Source: a candidate division FCPU426 bacterium (lineage in GTDB: Bacteria > Oederibacteriota > PGYV01 > Palsa-1178). From it: a DNA stretch of 64,000 nt. The notes below the pieces were generated by a model. That model was not told where the DNA came from, ran no database searches, and was given only the letters and a program-made list of their open reading frames with translations. Each line of letters starts with the position of its first letter. The stretch's first letter is position 1. Shown one piece after another: positions 52,790 through 62,789 of the stretch. The stretch covers positions 352,001-416,000 of the forward strand of contig CAWIXE010000001.1 of assembly GCA_963840035.1 (NCBI GenBank). The letters run 5' to 3'. The translations under genes and the position numbers were made by a program.

Positions 52790-53575
52790 TTATTGCGTTT
52801 TTTGGTGGCCGGAGGCCGACTGATCAACGGTTTTATTCTCATTGGAGGCCTGTTTAAGCTCGGCTTCATGGAGCATTTGCTGCATGTTAAAATTGAATGA
52901 GAATGTGGCAAAATCAATGGCCCTGCCATAGATGCATCTTTTATTGACGTCAGCGCCGGCATTTATCAAGGCCCTGACATTCTCCATGCTGCCGTTGAAT
53001 ACGGCCTGCATCAGCGGGGTAAATCCTTCTGCTGACTGTTCATCAAGCCGCGCCCCTTTTTTTATGAGAATTTCAGTTATTTCGGGGGAAGGCAATTTTG
53101 CCGCGGCCATCAAAGGAGTCATTCCTGTCCTGGTCTTTTGGAAAATATCAGCCCCTTTTTCAATTAAAAACGAGGTCATTGTCGGGCTGCCGGCGTCGAC
53201 TGCCATATATAAGGAAGTTTTCATGTCTTCGGCTGTTGCCGTTAAGTTCGCGCCGGCTGAAACCAGGTAAAAGGCCGTATCATAACACTTTGACCTTACT
53301 GACCTTAAAAGCGCCGTGTCACCGTCATCGCAAGCAAGGTTTATATCCGCGCCTTTTTCTATCAGGTACCGGCACATATCAGTATCGCCTTTGCCGGCGG
53401 CAATCATCAGGCCTGTAGAGCCGTCATATTGCCTGAAGTTAATGGGAAAATTTTCTGTTTCCACGTATGTTTTCATCAGGCCGAGGTTTGAGTCGGAAAT
53501 TGCGCTGAAAAATTTGATTGAGGCGCAGGAAACCAGCATGAGAGAAATACACACCATGACAATAATTTTTTTCAA
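52790..53575 (-). CDS. Ankyrin-repeat lipoprotein
   Basis: Lipobox LVSC; repeats G.TPLM.AA...LI.KGAD.N. Confidence 0.88.
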   Translation of the reverse strand: MKKIIVMVCISLMLVSCASIKFFSAISDSNLGLMKTYVETENFPINFRQYDGSTGLMIAAGKGDTDMCRYLIEKGADINLACDDGDTALLRSVRSKCYDTAFYLVSAGANLTATAEDMKTSLYMAVDAGSPTMTSFLIEKGADIFQKTRTGMTPLMAAAKLPSPEITEILIKKGARLDEQSAEGFTPLMQAVFNGSMENVRALINAGADVNKRCIYGRAIDFATFSFNFNMQQMLHEAELKQASNENKTVDQSASGHQKTQ

Positions 53576-53699
53576 ATGAAGCTCCTTATGATTTTATTTA
53601 TTTTATCAGTAATAAGCGGTAAACGCAAAGAAAAAATTTACAGGTTGATTACGGCAAAACACTGTGATATTATTAGGAAAATAATCGATGGAGGGTAAC

Positions 53700-54113
53700 A
53701 TGGATAAATTCATTAAAATGCTTTTGGCCGGTATCTTTGCGGGGTTCATCCTTTTTTTAGTCGCAAGCGTTTCATATAACTACACGCATAAGATCTCAGA
53801 CCCGTCGCTAAGGGAACTTTTCAGGGAAACTATTTCCATGAAGTGGTTCTATAAGCTGATGCTTTTTAATGTCGGAATGGGCCTTATTATGGCGCTTTTT
53901 TACGCGCTCATGGCTAAAGGAATGCCCGGAGGATATCTTGTTAAAGGGATGTTCTGGGGATTTACAGTCTGGTTCATACTGATTTCGCAGCCGCTCATAA
54001 TATCCCTTGTCAACGGCGCGTTCACGCAGGACATGATAATATCCTGGCTAGCGCAGGGGCTGGTAAGCTACGTGGCGGCGGGGTTGTGTATTTCGTTAAT
54101 ATATAAAGAGTAG
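53700..54113 (+). CDS. Small four-TM membrane protein, unknown function
   Basis: Four hydrophobic segments; GGAGG RBS. Confidence 0.65.
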   Translation: MDKFIKMLLAGIFAGFILFLVASVSYNYTHKISDPSLRELFRETISMKWFYKLMLFNVGMGLIMALFYALMAKGMPGGYLVKGMFWGFTVWFILISQPLIISLVNGAFTQDMIISWLAQGLVSYVAAGLCISLIYKE

Positions 54114-54242
54114 AATAAGAAAGAGACTGGAGACAGGAGACAAGAGTAGAAATAAACTCTAAATCTCCGTTCGCCAGTCTCTTTTTTTGTCTTCAATCTA
54201 TTTTTGTCTCCAGTCTCTTGTCTCGCTATCCCTCTTAAATAC

Positions 54243-54782
54243 CTACCCCGCTATTTTATTCCACTCCACCGTATAACACAGGCACTTCTTCCCCTCTTCC
54301 TCGCTGACAAACGCCTCTTTTGCTTTTATCGCTTTTACCGCGTGCTGCATCCAGCCGAAGATTGATTTGGCAAGGTATGGCGAGACAGGAAGGTTCTTAA
54401 TGCAGACATGCACCTTATTGTCCTTTATATATTTTATTTCAGCGGCGCCGGCCGAGTAGTACGAACAAAACACAGCACCGGCGTTTGAAAAAACAGATTC
54501 AATGGAGAGGTCCTTGAAAAGTTTATGGGAATTATTAAAGGCGTCTTTTGCTGCGTGCTCGCCTATTTTAAAAAGAAGAGACGCGTCACCGAAGCCAAAA
54601 TATTTATCGACACATTCAGAAAATTTCAGAAGTTCATCAAGGCTGTACCAGTTAAGGTCGTCATATTTCCTTATCTTTTCAAACTGCGGGTGGCATTGGA
54701 AAAATGATTTAACTTTTTTTTGATCGTATTTTTCTTCAAGGTAATCAAGTGTTGCCTTAAAAGCCTTGCCTTTTGCTCCCAT
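54243..54782 (-). CDS. Hypothetical protein, H-NOX/V4R-like ligand-binding fold (DUF2378-like)
   Basis: KG..F, WY.L, IG..AA, YY..G, GW, C.Y.VEW pattern. Confidence 0.5.
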   Translation of the reverse strand: MGAKGKAFKATLDYLEEKYDQKKVKSFFQCHPQFEKIRKYDDLNWYSLDELLKFSECVDKYFGFGDASLLFKIGEHAAKDAFNNSHKLFKDLSIESVFSNAGAVFCSYYSAGAAEIKYIKDNKVHVCIKNLPVSPYLAKSIFGWMQHAVKAIKAKEAFVSEEEGKKCLCYTVEWNKIAG

Positions 54783-55083
54783 ATTTCCTCCGTCAAGTAA
54801 GTATATGCGAAAGGGCTTAATGTAACTAATACATTTTTATCACAAAGCATGTATTTTGTCAATTTGATTAGAGGTATTATGGAAGCAAAAAGGTTTCAGA
54901 AAAAAATAAGCCCTTATAAATAAGGTGGTTTTTAATTTGTTGTTTTTCAGGTTTTTATTTACAATTGACAATTGTCAATGATCAATTATAATTATGTCCC
55001 TAATGCTCCATAAAAAAATGCATCTTTATATGGTATTTTTAGCCTTTAATTCAAAATTTAGAATTCAGAATTGAAAATTGGTC

Positions 55084-56367
55084 TTATTGCTCCATAGCCT
55101 TTTTCATCTCTTTTATGGCGCAGAACTCCCCGCACATGGAGCAGACATCCTTATTCTGCGGAGGAAGCGAATCCCTCATTTTTCTGGATTTATCTTTATC
55201 AATGGAGAGGTTTATTTGGGCTTCCCAGTCAAGGGCTTTACGCGCTTTTGCCATCTTAATATCCCATTCAAGTGCGCCGGGTATGCCGCGCGCTATGTCT
55301 GCCGCGTGAGCCGCGATTTTTGAGACTATCACACCCTCGCGCACCTCATTTATGTCCGGAAGTTTTAAATGCTCCGCCGCTGTTACATAGCAGAGAAAAT
55401 CAGCGCCTGACGAAGCCGCAAGCGCGCCTCCTATGGCGGCTGTGATATGGTCATATCCCGGGGCAATGTCGGTCACAAGGGGACCCAGGACATAAAACGG
55501 GGCGTTGTTGCACAATTTTTTTTGTATCTGCATGTTTGTCACTATCTGGTTTATGGGCACGTGTCCCGGGCCTTCTATCATGACCTGTACGTTCTTATCA
55601 AACGCGCGTTTTGCCAGCTCGCCTAAGGTGATGAGCTCGTGAATCTGCGCGCGGTCAGTGGCGTCAGCCAGGCAGCCCGGCCTCATGCCGTCGCCTAATG
55701 AAAGTGTCATGTCATATTTGTACGCTATATCCAGAAGCCTGTCATACTGCTCATAAAGCGGATTTTCTTTTTTATTTTTCATTATCCAGGCCGCAAGGAT
55801 TGTGCCTCCGCGGCTTACCATATCAAGAATCCTGCCCTGCTTTAAAAGAGAATCAACAGAAGCCTGTGTCACGCCGCAGTGTACCGTGATAAAATCCACG
55901 CCTTCTTTTGCCTGTTCTTCTATTACCGTAAATAAATCCTCGGCTGTCATGCTTGTGAGTTCCCGTTTTTCCTTTGCCGCCTTTACAGCTGCCTCGTATA
56001 TGGGCACTGTGCCGATGGGCACGGTGGATTCCTTTATTATAGCGGAGCGTATGGCCTTAAGGTCGCCTCCGGTGGAGAGGTCCATGACAGCGTCCGCGCC
56101 CGCGGCAATGGATACGCGCAGTTTTTCAAGCTCATTGCCTATGGAACACGCGTCCTGCGAACTGCCAATATTGGCGTTAACCTTTATTTTCATCTTTTTG
56201 CCTATGCCGGTGGGCTTTGAGTGTTTGTGATTGATGTTCTTTGTAATGATGACTTCGCCGGAGGCTATGTATCCCATGAGCTCATTTACGTCTATCATTT
56301 CGTTCTTTGCAACCTCGCGCATTTCAGGCGTTACTATCCCTTTTTTTGCCATTTCAAGCTGTGTCAT
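55084..56367 (-). CDS. thiC: Phosphomethylpyrimidine synthase
   Basis: KVNANIG.S, MDLSTGG, SLGDGMRPG, EGPGH, CSMCGEFC. Confidence 0.97.
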   Translation of the reverse strand: MTQLEMAKKGIVTPEMREVAKNEMIDVNELMGYIASGEVIITKNINHKHSKPTGIGKKMKIKVNANIGSSQDACSIGNELEKLRVSIAAGADAVMDLSTGGDLKAIRSAIIKESTVPIGTVPIYEAAVKAAKEKRELTSMTAEDLFTVIEEQAKEGVDFITVHCGVTQASVDSLLKQGRILDMVSRGGTILAAWIMKNKKENPLYEQYDRLLDIAYKYDMTLSLGDGMRPGCLADATDRAQIHELITLGELAKRAFDKNVQVMIEGPGHVPINQIVTNMQIQKKLCNNAPFYVLGPLVTDIAPGYDHITAAIGGALAASSGADFLCYVTAAEHLKLPDINEVREGVIVSKIAAHAADIARGIPGALEWDIKMAKARKALDWEAQINLSIDKDKSRKMRDSLPPQNKDVCSMCGEFCAIKEMKKAMEQ

Positions 56368-57002
56368 TATTTCTCCTTGCGGTAAATTATGGATTTTACC
56401 ATCTTTGTTTTTTTAAGGATGTTCCTGCTCCCGAGTATGGCGGAAATAAAGCAGAAATTATTTATGCCGGCTTTTTTAAGCCGCGGGATATTATAACCGT
56501 TAATGCCTCCGATTGCAACTATGGGAGTCGATAATTTTGAAGCCAGCGTTTTCATGGCTGCTATACCCAGCGGTTTTGTGGATTTTTGCGCTGTGGCGAA
56601 TACCGGGCCTATGCCTATATAGTCGGCTTTCATTTTGTCCGCGCGCATTGCTTCACGCATGGTCGAAGCGGAAACGCCCAAAACATAATTTTTTTTCAAT
56701 ATTTTTCTGGCTTTAACAACGGACATGTCTTTTGTCCCCACGTGCGCCCCGGCGGCTTTGGAATCCGCCGCGATTGCGGGAAAATCATTTATTATCAGCG
56801 GAACTTTGTATTTTCTGCAGATTTTATTCATCGCGACGGCAAGTTTTAAAAATTCATCCTTTGCGGAGTGTTTTGCCCTGAGCTGAACGGCTGATGCCCC
56901 GCCCTTTAAAACAGACACAAGGGCGGCATAAGGGTTTATTTTTTTTAAATTAAGGTAGTCAATGTCTATGATGACATAGAGGCTGAAATCCATGGTTTTC
57001 AT
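56367..57002 (-). CDS. thiE: Thiamine-phosphate synthase
   Basis: VQLRAK, IIND, HVG..D, GVSA, DYIGIGPVFAT, AIGGI. Confidence 0.92.
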   Translation of the reverse strand: MKTMDFSLYVIIDIDYLNLKKINPYAALVSVLKGGASAVQLRAKHSAKDEFLKLAVAMNKICRKYKVPLIINDFPAIAADSKAAGAHVGTKDMSVVKARKILKKNYVLGVSASTMREAMRADKMKADYIGIGPVFATAQKSTKPLGIAAMKTLASKLSTPIVAIGGINGYNIPRLKKAGINNFCFISAILGSRNILKKTKMVKSIIYRKEK

Positions 57003-57003
57003 T

Positions 57004-57417
57004 TTATGACAGGATTTCTTTTTCCAGGACGTATGTTTTATAGCGGAGTTCCTTGAACATGGCTGCTGATTTTACGTTTACAAGCTTTGATATTTCTTCC
57101 AGTACCCTTAAGGATTCCTCCACGCGCTTAAAGTTGGATATGAGGATATGGGTTACGGATTTTCTGGCAAATTCGCTTTTGTTCCTGGAGTGGCGTCCGG
57201 CGTCGTCATCGGAAAAACGGTTTTTAAGCAGCTGCCTGTGGTCAGGCGAGACGGGTTTTAAGGCAGAGTCAATGCCATGGCGGATGGATTTTAATGCTGA
57301 TGTTTTCTTCGGGTCCGAGAGGAGGAACCGCGAGACATCCTCGATAACCCTTAAGCCTTCTTTAGCGCGGTTTATATTCGCGTCAATAAGGGTATAAATA
57401 TTTTTCCGGTTTTTCAT
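57004..57417 (-). CDS. Stand-alone ThiD2-type domain (the N-terminal domain of cyanobacterial ThiE)
   Basis: IDANINRAKEGLRVIED, R...D.G, NFKRVEESLRVLEE, RY..Y.LE. Confidence 0.85.
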   Translation of the reverse strand: MKNRKNIYTLIDANINRAKEGLRVIEDVSRFLLSDPKKTSALKSIRHGIDSALKPVSPDHRQLLKNRFSDDDAGRHSRNKSEFARKSVTHILISNFKRVEESLRVLEEISKLVNVKSAAMFKELRYKTYVLEKEILS

Positions 57418-57641
57418 TGGTGTTTGATGGACATGGAAGAAATAAGATTCTTGAAGACCTGCCTGAAGGAGACGCCCTCATCCTTCCACTTTCCGATATA
57501 ATAACCCAGGGCCATTAAAGCCATGATAAAAAGTGTTTTCTTAAAGCCAAATATGACAAGCAGCAGCGCCAAAGAAAATCCGGCAAGCACGCCTGTAATC
57601 TTCCAAAAATTCAGGATTATGTATTTCAATATCTCGTTCAT
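57414..57641 (-). CDS. DUF2273 small membrane protein
   Basis: G...G..LA.L...FGF.KTLFI.....GY..G; follows amaP. Confidence 0.8.
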   Translation of the reverse strand: MNEILKYIILNFWKITGVLAGFSLALLLVIFGFKKTLFIMALMALGYYIGKWKDEGVSFRQVFKNLISSMSIKHQ

Positions 57642-58213
57642 TTTTCCTCTTCCTTTGACTTGAATACAACTTTGCTTACAACTACCGTAGGCTTGATTTC
57701 AGTCTCGATGCCAAGAGTAAACTGTATATACTGTATGATGGCTTCCTGGACTTCCTGTGTGACATCAGCCACGGACCTGTCGGAGAAAAGGGTGACATGC
57801 GCCGTTACTTTTAGCCCTTTGCGGGTCGATATGACCTTTCCTTTTATGTCCTTTACGCCCTTTACCTGGTTCTTTACGACCCTGGAAAAATCCTCAATGG
57901 CGCTTAATGATACCATAATCTCGCCATTCGGGGACTGAAGGACAACCGTCCTTTCAGTGCGTCTTTTTTCTATGTTCCCCCAGATTGTAAAAAATGCAAC
58001 GGCCAGAAGGAAAATACCCGTGGAGAGAACAGCGAGCCTTATCGCGATTATATTCGCGGTATCTGATTTGGAGAGCGAGTTAATGAGGTTCTGGGCGGTT
58101 GTAAGCGACCACGTATTGGCGCCCTGCGTGCTTGACATGGCCACCATAACGGCGCCGACTAAAATAAACAAAAGGGTGTTTATTATGATTATAATTCTGT
58201 TGAAATATCTCAT
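57638..58213 (-). CDS. amaP: Alkaline-shock response membrane anchor AmaP-like
   Basis: Two TM segments, then GEI.VS..AIE; between asp23 and DUF2273. Confidence 0.75.
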   Translation of the reverse strand: MRYFNRIIIIINTLLFILVGAVMVAMSSTQGANTWSLTTAQNLINSLSKSDTANIIAIRLAVLSTGIFLLAVAFFTIWGNIEKRRTERTVVLQSPNGEIMVSLSAIEDFSRVVKNQVKGVKDIKGKVISTRKGLKVTAHVTLFSDRSVADVTQEVQEAIIQYIQFTLGIETEIKPTVVVSKVVFKSKEEEK

Positions 58214-58230
58214 TTAAAATCCTCCTTGGA

Positions 58231-58611
58231 TCAGATATTGTAGGGGGTATCTTTGCTTATGGCGGAAGGTTTTCTGACTCCGTTAATATTTACATTTACC
58301 CTGTCGACCACGAAGCCTGTCATTGTCTCGATAGATTCGCGGACCCTGTCCTGGACCTCGGTGGCTATGTCGGATACTTCCCTTCCGAAAGAGACTATGA
58401 GGTTGATATCAAGATTAACAGTTTCATTTAACAGTTCCACCTTTACGCCTTTTGAGGAATCTTTGACTCCGAAGGCTTCGGCTAAGGCAGCGGAAGGTCC
58501 GCCATCCAGGTCCACAACGCCGTCAACATCCTTCGCGGCGATTGCAGCTATGGCCGCAACGGCATCATCCGATATTTTTACGTTTCCTGAATCGCTTTTA
58601 TTATCCGGCAT
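58231..58611 (-). CDS. Asp23/Gls24 envelope stress protein
   Basis: GNVKISDDAVA.IA..AA, KGVKV, Q..V...IE.MTG..V..VNV.I. Confidence 0.9.
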   Translation of the reverse strand: MPDNKSDSGNVKISDDAVAAIAAIAAKDVDGVVDLDGGPSAALAEAFGVKDSSKGVKVELLNETVNLDINLIVSFGREVSDIATEVQDRVRESIETMTGFVVDRVNVNINGVRKPSAISKDTPYNI

Positions 58612-58614
58612 GTT

Positions 58615-59961
58615 TTATTTATCCTTTTCCATCTTTTCAATGAAACTGGTGGAATAATTATTGTTAATGAAGTCCTTGTTGTCGAGTATCTTCTTGTGAA
58701 GCGGTATAGTGGTCTTTATGCCTTCAATGACAAACTCATCAAGGGCCCTTTTCATCCTGGCGATAGCTTCTGTCCTGTCCTTGCCCTTGGCGATTATTTT
58801 TGCCACCATGGAATCATAGTTCGGGGGGATCCTGTATCCCTTATACACATGCGTATCGACCCTGATTCCCGGGCCTCCGGGGACATTATATTCGGTGATT
58901 GTGCCGGGCGACGGGCAGAAGTTATTATCCGGGTCCTCGGCGTTAATCCTGCATTCTATGGCGTGGCCGCGGAGTTTAAGTTCCCTGTTCGGGATGGTCA
59001 TTCTTTCACCGGCGGCGACTTTTATCTGTTCCTTTATCAGGTCAAAACCCGTGACTTCCTCTGTGACCGTGTGCTCTACCTGAATCCTGGTGTTCATTTC
59101 CATGAAGAAGAAATGGCCCCATTTATCCATGATGAATTCTATGGTGCCGGCCCCTTCATATTTGACGGCGCGGGCGAGCCTTACTGCCTGCGCGCACATT
59201 TCATGCCTTGTCTTTTCAACAAGCCTGGGTGACGGCGATTCTTCTATGAGTTTCTGGTGGCGCCTCTGCACCGAACAGTCCCTCTCTCCCAACGCCACGT
59301 AGTTTCCGTGGTTGTCGCACATTATCTGGATCTCAACGTGCCTTGGTTCTTCAATGAATTTTTCGAGGTAAACAGCGGGGTTATTAAAAGCTGTCGCCGC
59401 TTCCTGGCTGGCTGTTTTAAATGCTGACCTTAATGATAGTTCGGTGTGCGCTATCCTCATGCCGCGTCCGCCGCCTCCTGCCGTGGCCTTTATCATAACA
59501 GGAAAGCCGATACGCTTGGCAATCTCAACCGCGTCATTTTCATCCTTTAATATCCTGCCGGAACCGGGTACAGTGGTGACTTTATTGGCTGTGGCCGTGG
59601 CGATAGCCTGGGCTTTGTCGCCCATGGCCCTGATGGAAGCGGGCGATGGACCGATAAATTTTATATTGCACTGTCCGCATAACTCGGCGAAGTGAGCGTT
59701 CTCCGCTAAAAATCCGTAGCCGGGATGTATGGCTTCGGCGTCGGTAACTTCAGCGGCGGAAATTATAGCCGGGATGTTTAAGTAACTGTCCTTGGAAGGA
59801 GGCGGGCCGATGCATACGGCGTGGTCAGCGTACCTTACGTGGAGGGAATTTTCATCAGCCTCTGAAAATACGGCGACTGTCTCGACTCCCATTTCCTTGC
59901 AGGCGCGTATTATGCGCAGGGCAATTTCGCCCCTGTTTGCGATAAGTATTCTTTTAAACAA
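58615..59961 (-). CDS. accC: Acetyl-CoA carboxylase biotin carboxylase
   Basis: [38 protein letters not shown]. Confidence 0.97.
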   Translation of the reverse strand: MFKRILIANRGEIALRIIRACKEMGVETVAVFSEADENSLHVRYADHAVCIGPPPSKDSYLNIPAIISAAEVTDAEAIHPGYGFLAENAHFAELCGQCNIKFIGPSPASIRAMGDKAQAIATATANKVTTVPGSGRILKDENDAVEIAKRIGFPVMIKATAGGGGRGMRIAHTELSLRSAFKTASQEAATAFNNPAVYLEKFIEEPRHVEIQIMCDNHGNYVALGERDCSVQRRHQKLIEESPSPRLVEKTRHEMCAQAVRLARAVKYEGAGTIEFIMDKWGHFFFMEMNTRIQVEHTVTEEVTGFDLIKEQIKVAAGERMTIPNRELKLRGHAIECRINAEDPDNNFCPSPGTITEYNVPGGPGIRVDTHVYKGYRIPPNYDSMVAKIIAKGKDRTEAIARMKRALDEFVIEGIKTTIPLHKKILDNKDFINNNYSTSFIEKMEKDK

Positions 59962-59988
59962 ATTTATCCACCTTCCGCAAATTTAGTT

Positions 59989-60480
59989 TTAGGATTTCTC
60001 TATGATAATGAGAGGCTGGTTGTATTCCACAGCCTGCGCGTTTTCAACGACTATTTCCTTTACTTTGCCTTTTATTTCCGCCTTAATCTCGTTCATGATT
60101 TTCATGGCTTCGATGATACATACTGTTTTGCCGGGTTCCACCATGTCGCCGACCTTTACAAAAGGAGGGGCGTCGGGTGATGAGGCTTTATAGAAGGTGC
60201 CGACCATCGGTGATTTGATTATGCCGGTCTTCGCGTCTTCGACGGGCTTTTTGGATTCCGGAGCCGCCGCTGCGGGCGCAGCCGTTGGTGCCGCTGCCGG
60301 CGCCTGGATATACTGGGGAGCCGCCATCTGCACGCCGCTCATCATGCCGGCTTTTTTCATCTGGATCTTTAAGCCGCCGTCCTCATATATAAGTTCGGCA
60401 AGGGCTCCTTTTTCCATAATCCTTAATGCTTCGTTTAGAACGTCCACTTTTACTTTACCTGTTGTCTCTTTTTTTGCCAT
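59989..60480 (-). CDS. accB: Biotin carboxyl carrier protein
   Basis: SPMVGTFY, IIEAMKIMNEI. Confidence 0.97.
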   Translation of the reverse strand: MAKKETTGKVKVDVLNEALRIMEKGALAELIYEDGGLKIQMKKAGMMSGVQMAAPQYIQAPAAAPTAAPAAAAPESKKPVEDAKTGIIKSPMVGTFYKASSPDAPPFVKVGDMVEPGKTVCIIEAMKIMNEIKAEIKGKVKEIVVENAQAVEYNQPLIIIEKS

Positions 60481-60527
60481 TTTACACCGCCTTAACTTTT
60501 TTTAGAGCAGTTAAAATTGTAAATGCC

Positions 60528-61085
60528 TTAAACCCTCTCGACGTACTCGCTGGTCCTGGTATCTATCCTGATAGTATCGCCTTCCTTTATAAATAAAGGA
60601 ACCAGTACTTCGGCCCCAGTTTCAAGCGTAACTAGTTTGGTCGCGTTTCCTACGGTATCGCCTTTTGAAGCCGGCGGCGCCGTGGTAACGATGAGGTCTA
60701 CTTTATTGGGTACGTTTACTCCCAGTACCTCTCCCTCATATATAAGCATCGATACAAGCATGTCTTCCTTAAGGAACTGGCTCTGTTCGCCGACCTGCTT
60801 CTGGTTGAACTCATACTGCTCATAGTTGCCGGTATCCATGAAATGATACTCGTCATTGAGCTTATACTGGAACTGAAGCTTTCTTTCTTCCACATAGGCG
60901 TCTTCGAACTTATCATCAGGGGAGAAAGTCCTCTCCACTATGGTTCCAAGCTTGAAATTCCTCATTTTAAGCCTTACGAGAGGCGCGAGCCTCGGCCTCT
61001 GAACGTGGTGAAACTGTACGACTTCCCATAAAGTGCCTTCGTGCTTAAAGACTGTGCCGGGCCTTACATCTGCTGCTAGTGCCAT
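60528..61085 (-). CDS. efp: Elongation factor P (atypical tip loop)
   Basis: HFMD..NYEQ, KGDT, LETG..V.VPLFI..G..I.IDTR..EYV.R; located between the aminopeptidase P gene and accB. Confidence 0.92.
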   Translation of the reverse strand: MALAADVRPGTVFKHEGTLWEVVQFHHVQRPRLAPLVRLKMRNFKLGTIVERTFSPDDKFEDAYVEERKLQFQYKLNDEYHFMDTGNYEQYEFNQKQVGEQSQFLKEDMLVSMLIYEGEVLGVNVPNKVDLIVTTAPPASKGDTVGNATKLVTLETGAEVLVPLFIKEGDTIRIDTRTSEYVERV

Positions 61086-61113
61086 TAAAAAGTCCTCCTT
61101 GAAATGTCAGCCA

Positions 61114-62172
61114 CTAAAGAATCATTAGTGAGTCACTTAGTTTGCCCAGTTTAACCGGGCCAATATCAGTTATCAGGTAGTCGTCTTCTATCCTGATGCC
61201 GTATTTTCCTTCAAAATAAATACCGGGCTCACAGGAAAAAACCATGCCCGGTTCGAACTTGAGTTCTTCTTTTGAGTTCACCGAAGGCGGCTCGTGAACG
61301 TCTATGCCGAGTGAATGTCCCAGGGAGTGCGTAAAATACGCCCCGAGGCCCGCTTCAGCCAGGAAATCCCTGGCCTGCCTGTCAGCTTCCTTTATTATGT
61401 TGCCCGCTTTGTAATAACCTACGCCGGCTTTCTTGGCGTTTTGCACTATTTTATAGTGTTTTTGAATATCTTTTAAGCGAGTTCCAATTATACCGAATGC
61501 CATTACCCTTGTCAAGTCTGAACAGTACCCGCGGTACTTGACCCCGCAGTCCATGAGCACCACCGAGCCTTTGGTTAATTTTTTAGAGGATGTTCCATGA
61601 TGCGGGACAGCTCCGTTTTCATTGAAAGCAATTATTGAAGGAAAGGAACAGCCGTCAGCCCCGCACTTCCTGGCGAAATACTCAAATTCATTTGAGAGGT
61701 CCTTTTCAGTCACGCCTGTTTTTAAGAGCGACGCCGTATGCAGTATGGCCTTTTCATTTATGGAAACGGCTTTTTCCATCAGCTTAATCTCATAAGGCTC
61801 TTTTATCATCCTCATATCGCGGACAATTTCATCCGTGCTTATGTTCAGGCACAGGTCCTTAATCATAAGATAATCAGAAAGGGGTATGTTTTTGCTTAAG
61901 AGCGCTTCAGGGCAGCCTTTTATAAGCTGTTTTAGGTCGCTGCGGAAATTCTTGGTGATAATGACCTCATATGAGCCTTCGATTCCAAGCTTCCGTACAA
62001 AGCCGTCATAGCGCGGGTCAGTAAGAAAATACGCTTTTTTTTCTTTAACGACTATCTTGCCGAAGGTGCCTGAAAAACCTGTAAGGTAAAATACATCGGA
62101 AGGGTCGGAGATATAATAAGCTTGCCCTCGTGAAAGCGATTTAAGGATCTTGTTGATGCGTTTTTTTATCAT
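61114..62172 (-). CDS. Xaa-Pro aminopeptidase (M24)
   Basis: YLTGFSG, TDPRY, YCSDLTR, HSLGHSLG..VHE, EPGIY, RIEDD. Confidence 0.93.
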   Translation of the reverse strand: MIKKRINKILKSLSRGQAYYISDPSDVFYLTGFSGTFGKIVVKEKKAYFLTDPRYDGFVRKLGIEGSYEVIITKNFRSDLKQLIKGCPEALLSKNIPLSDYLMIKDLCLNISTDEIVRDMRMIKEPYEIKLMEKAVSINEKAILHTASLLKTGVTEKDLSNEFEYFARKCGADGCSFPSIIAFNENGAVPHHGTSSKKLTKGSVVLMDCGVKYRGYCSDLTRVMAFGIIGTRLKDIQKHYKIVQNAKKAGVGYYKAGNIIKEADRQARDFLAEAGLGAYFTHSLGHSLGIDVHEPPSVNSKEELKFEPGMVFSCEPGIYFEGKYGIRIEDDYLITDIGPVKLGKLSDSLMIL

Positions 62173-62789
62173 TATTTGATGTCTATAATCCCGAGATTGT
62201 ATTCAATAATCGGGGTGTACGGCGGGAATTTTTCAAGGAGGTCCTCCACGCGGTCAAAGAACTTTATGGCGCCGGGGGTATTAACCCAGCATACCCTCGC
62301 GGAGAAATGCTTTATCTCAAAAGGCCTGCCTGAAGACTCGAGGATGGCCTTAAACCTTTTCTGATTGAAGTGCTGATGGTTGTTTAGCAGGGTCAGGTTG
62401 ACGTAAAAAAGCGGGTTATACCTGTTGGCTTCCACGACTATGACCCTTTTTTTTGCCACGCGGACCATTTCCTTTAAGGCTTTTTCAGGGTTAGCCGCGT
62501 GGTGCAGCATGTCCTTTTCAAAGACGGTGTCAAAACTTTTGTTCTTAAAGGGCAGTTTCTCCGAATCGCACTGCTTGAAGGTTAGGCCTTTGCCTGAGAA
62601 TTCCTTCCAGCGCGGGTCAGGGACTATGTCGGTCGCAGTTATTTTTTTAAAGAATTTTTTGCGCAGCCAGGCGTCCTCACCGTCGCCGCATCCGGAGTCA
62701 AGAAGGGTGGCGCCCGCATAGTACGCGCTTGTCTTTGCCACAACCCGTTCTTTATACTGAAAAGCGTTTGCCGCTGTTTTACCTGTCAT
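62172..62789 (-). CDS. Class I SAM-dependent methyltransferase
   Basis: LLDSGCGDG, LPF...SFD, LHH, ALKEM.RV. Confidence 0.85.
   Translation of the reverse strand: MTGKTAANAFQYKERVVAKTSAYYAGATLLDSGCGDGEDAWLRKKFFKKITATDIVPDPRWKEFSGKGLTFKQCDSEKLPFKNKSFDTVFEKDMLHHAANPEKALKEMVRVAKKRVIVVEANRYNPLFYVNLTLLNNHQHFNQKRFKAILESSGRPFEIKHFSARVCWVNTPGAIKFFDRVEDLLEKFPPYTPIIEYNLGIIDIK

Noticed and set aside
49000..53000. parS sites near the origin
   Set aside because: No match to TGTTTCACGTGAAACA noticed by eye
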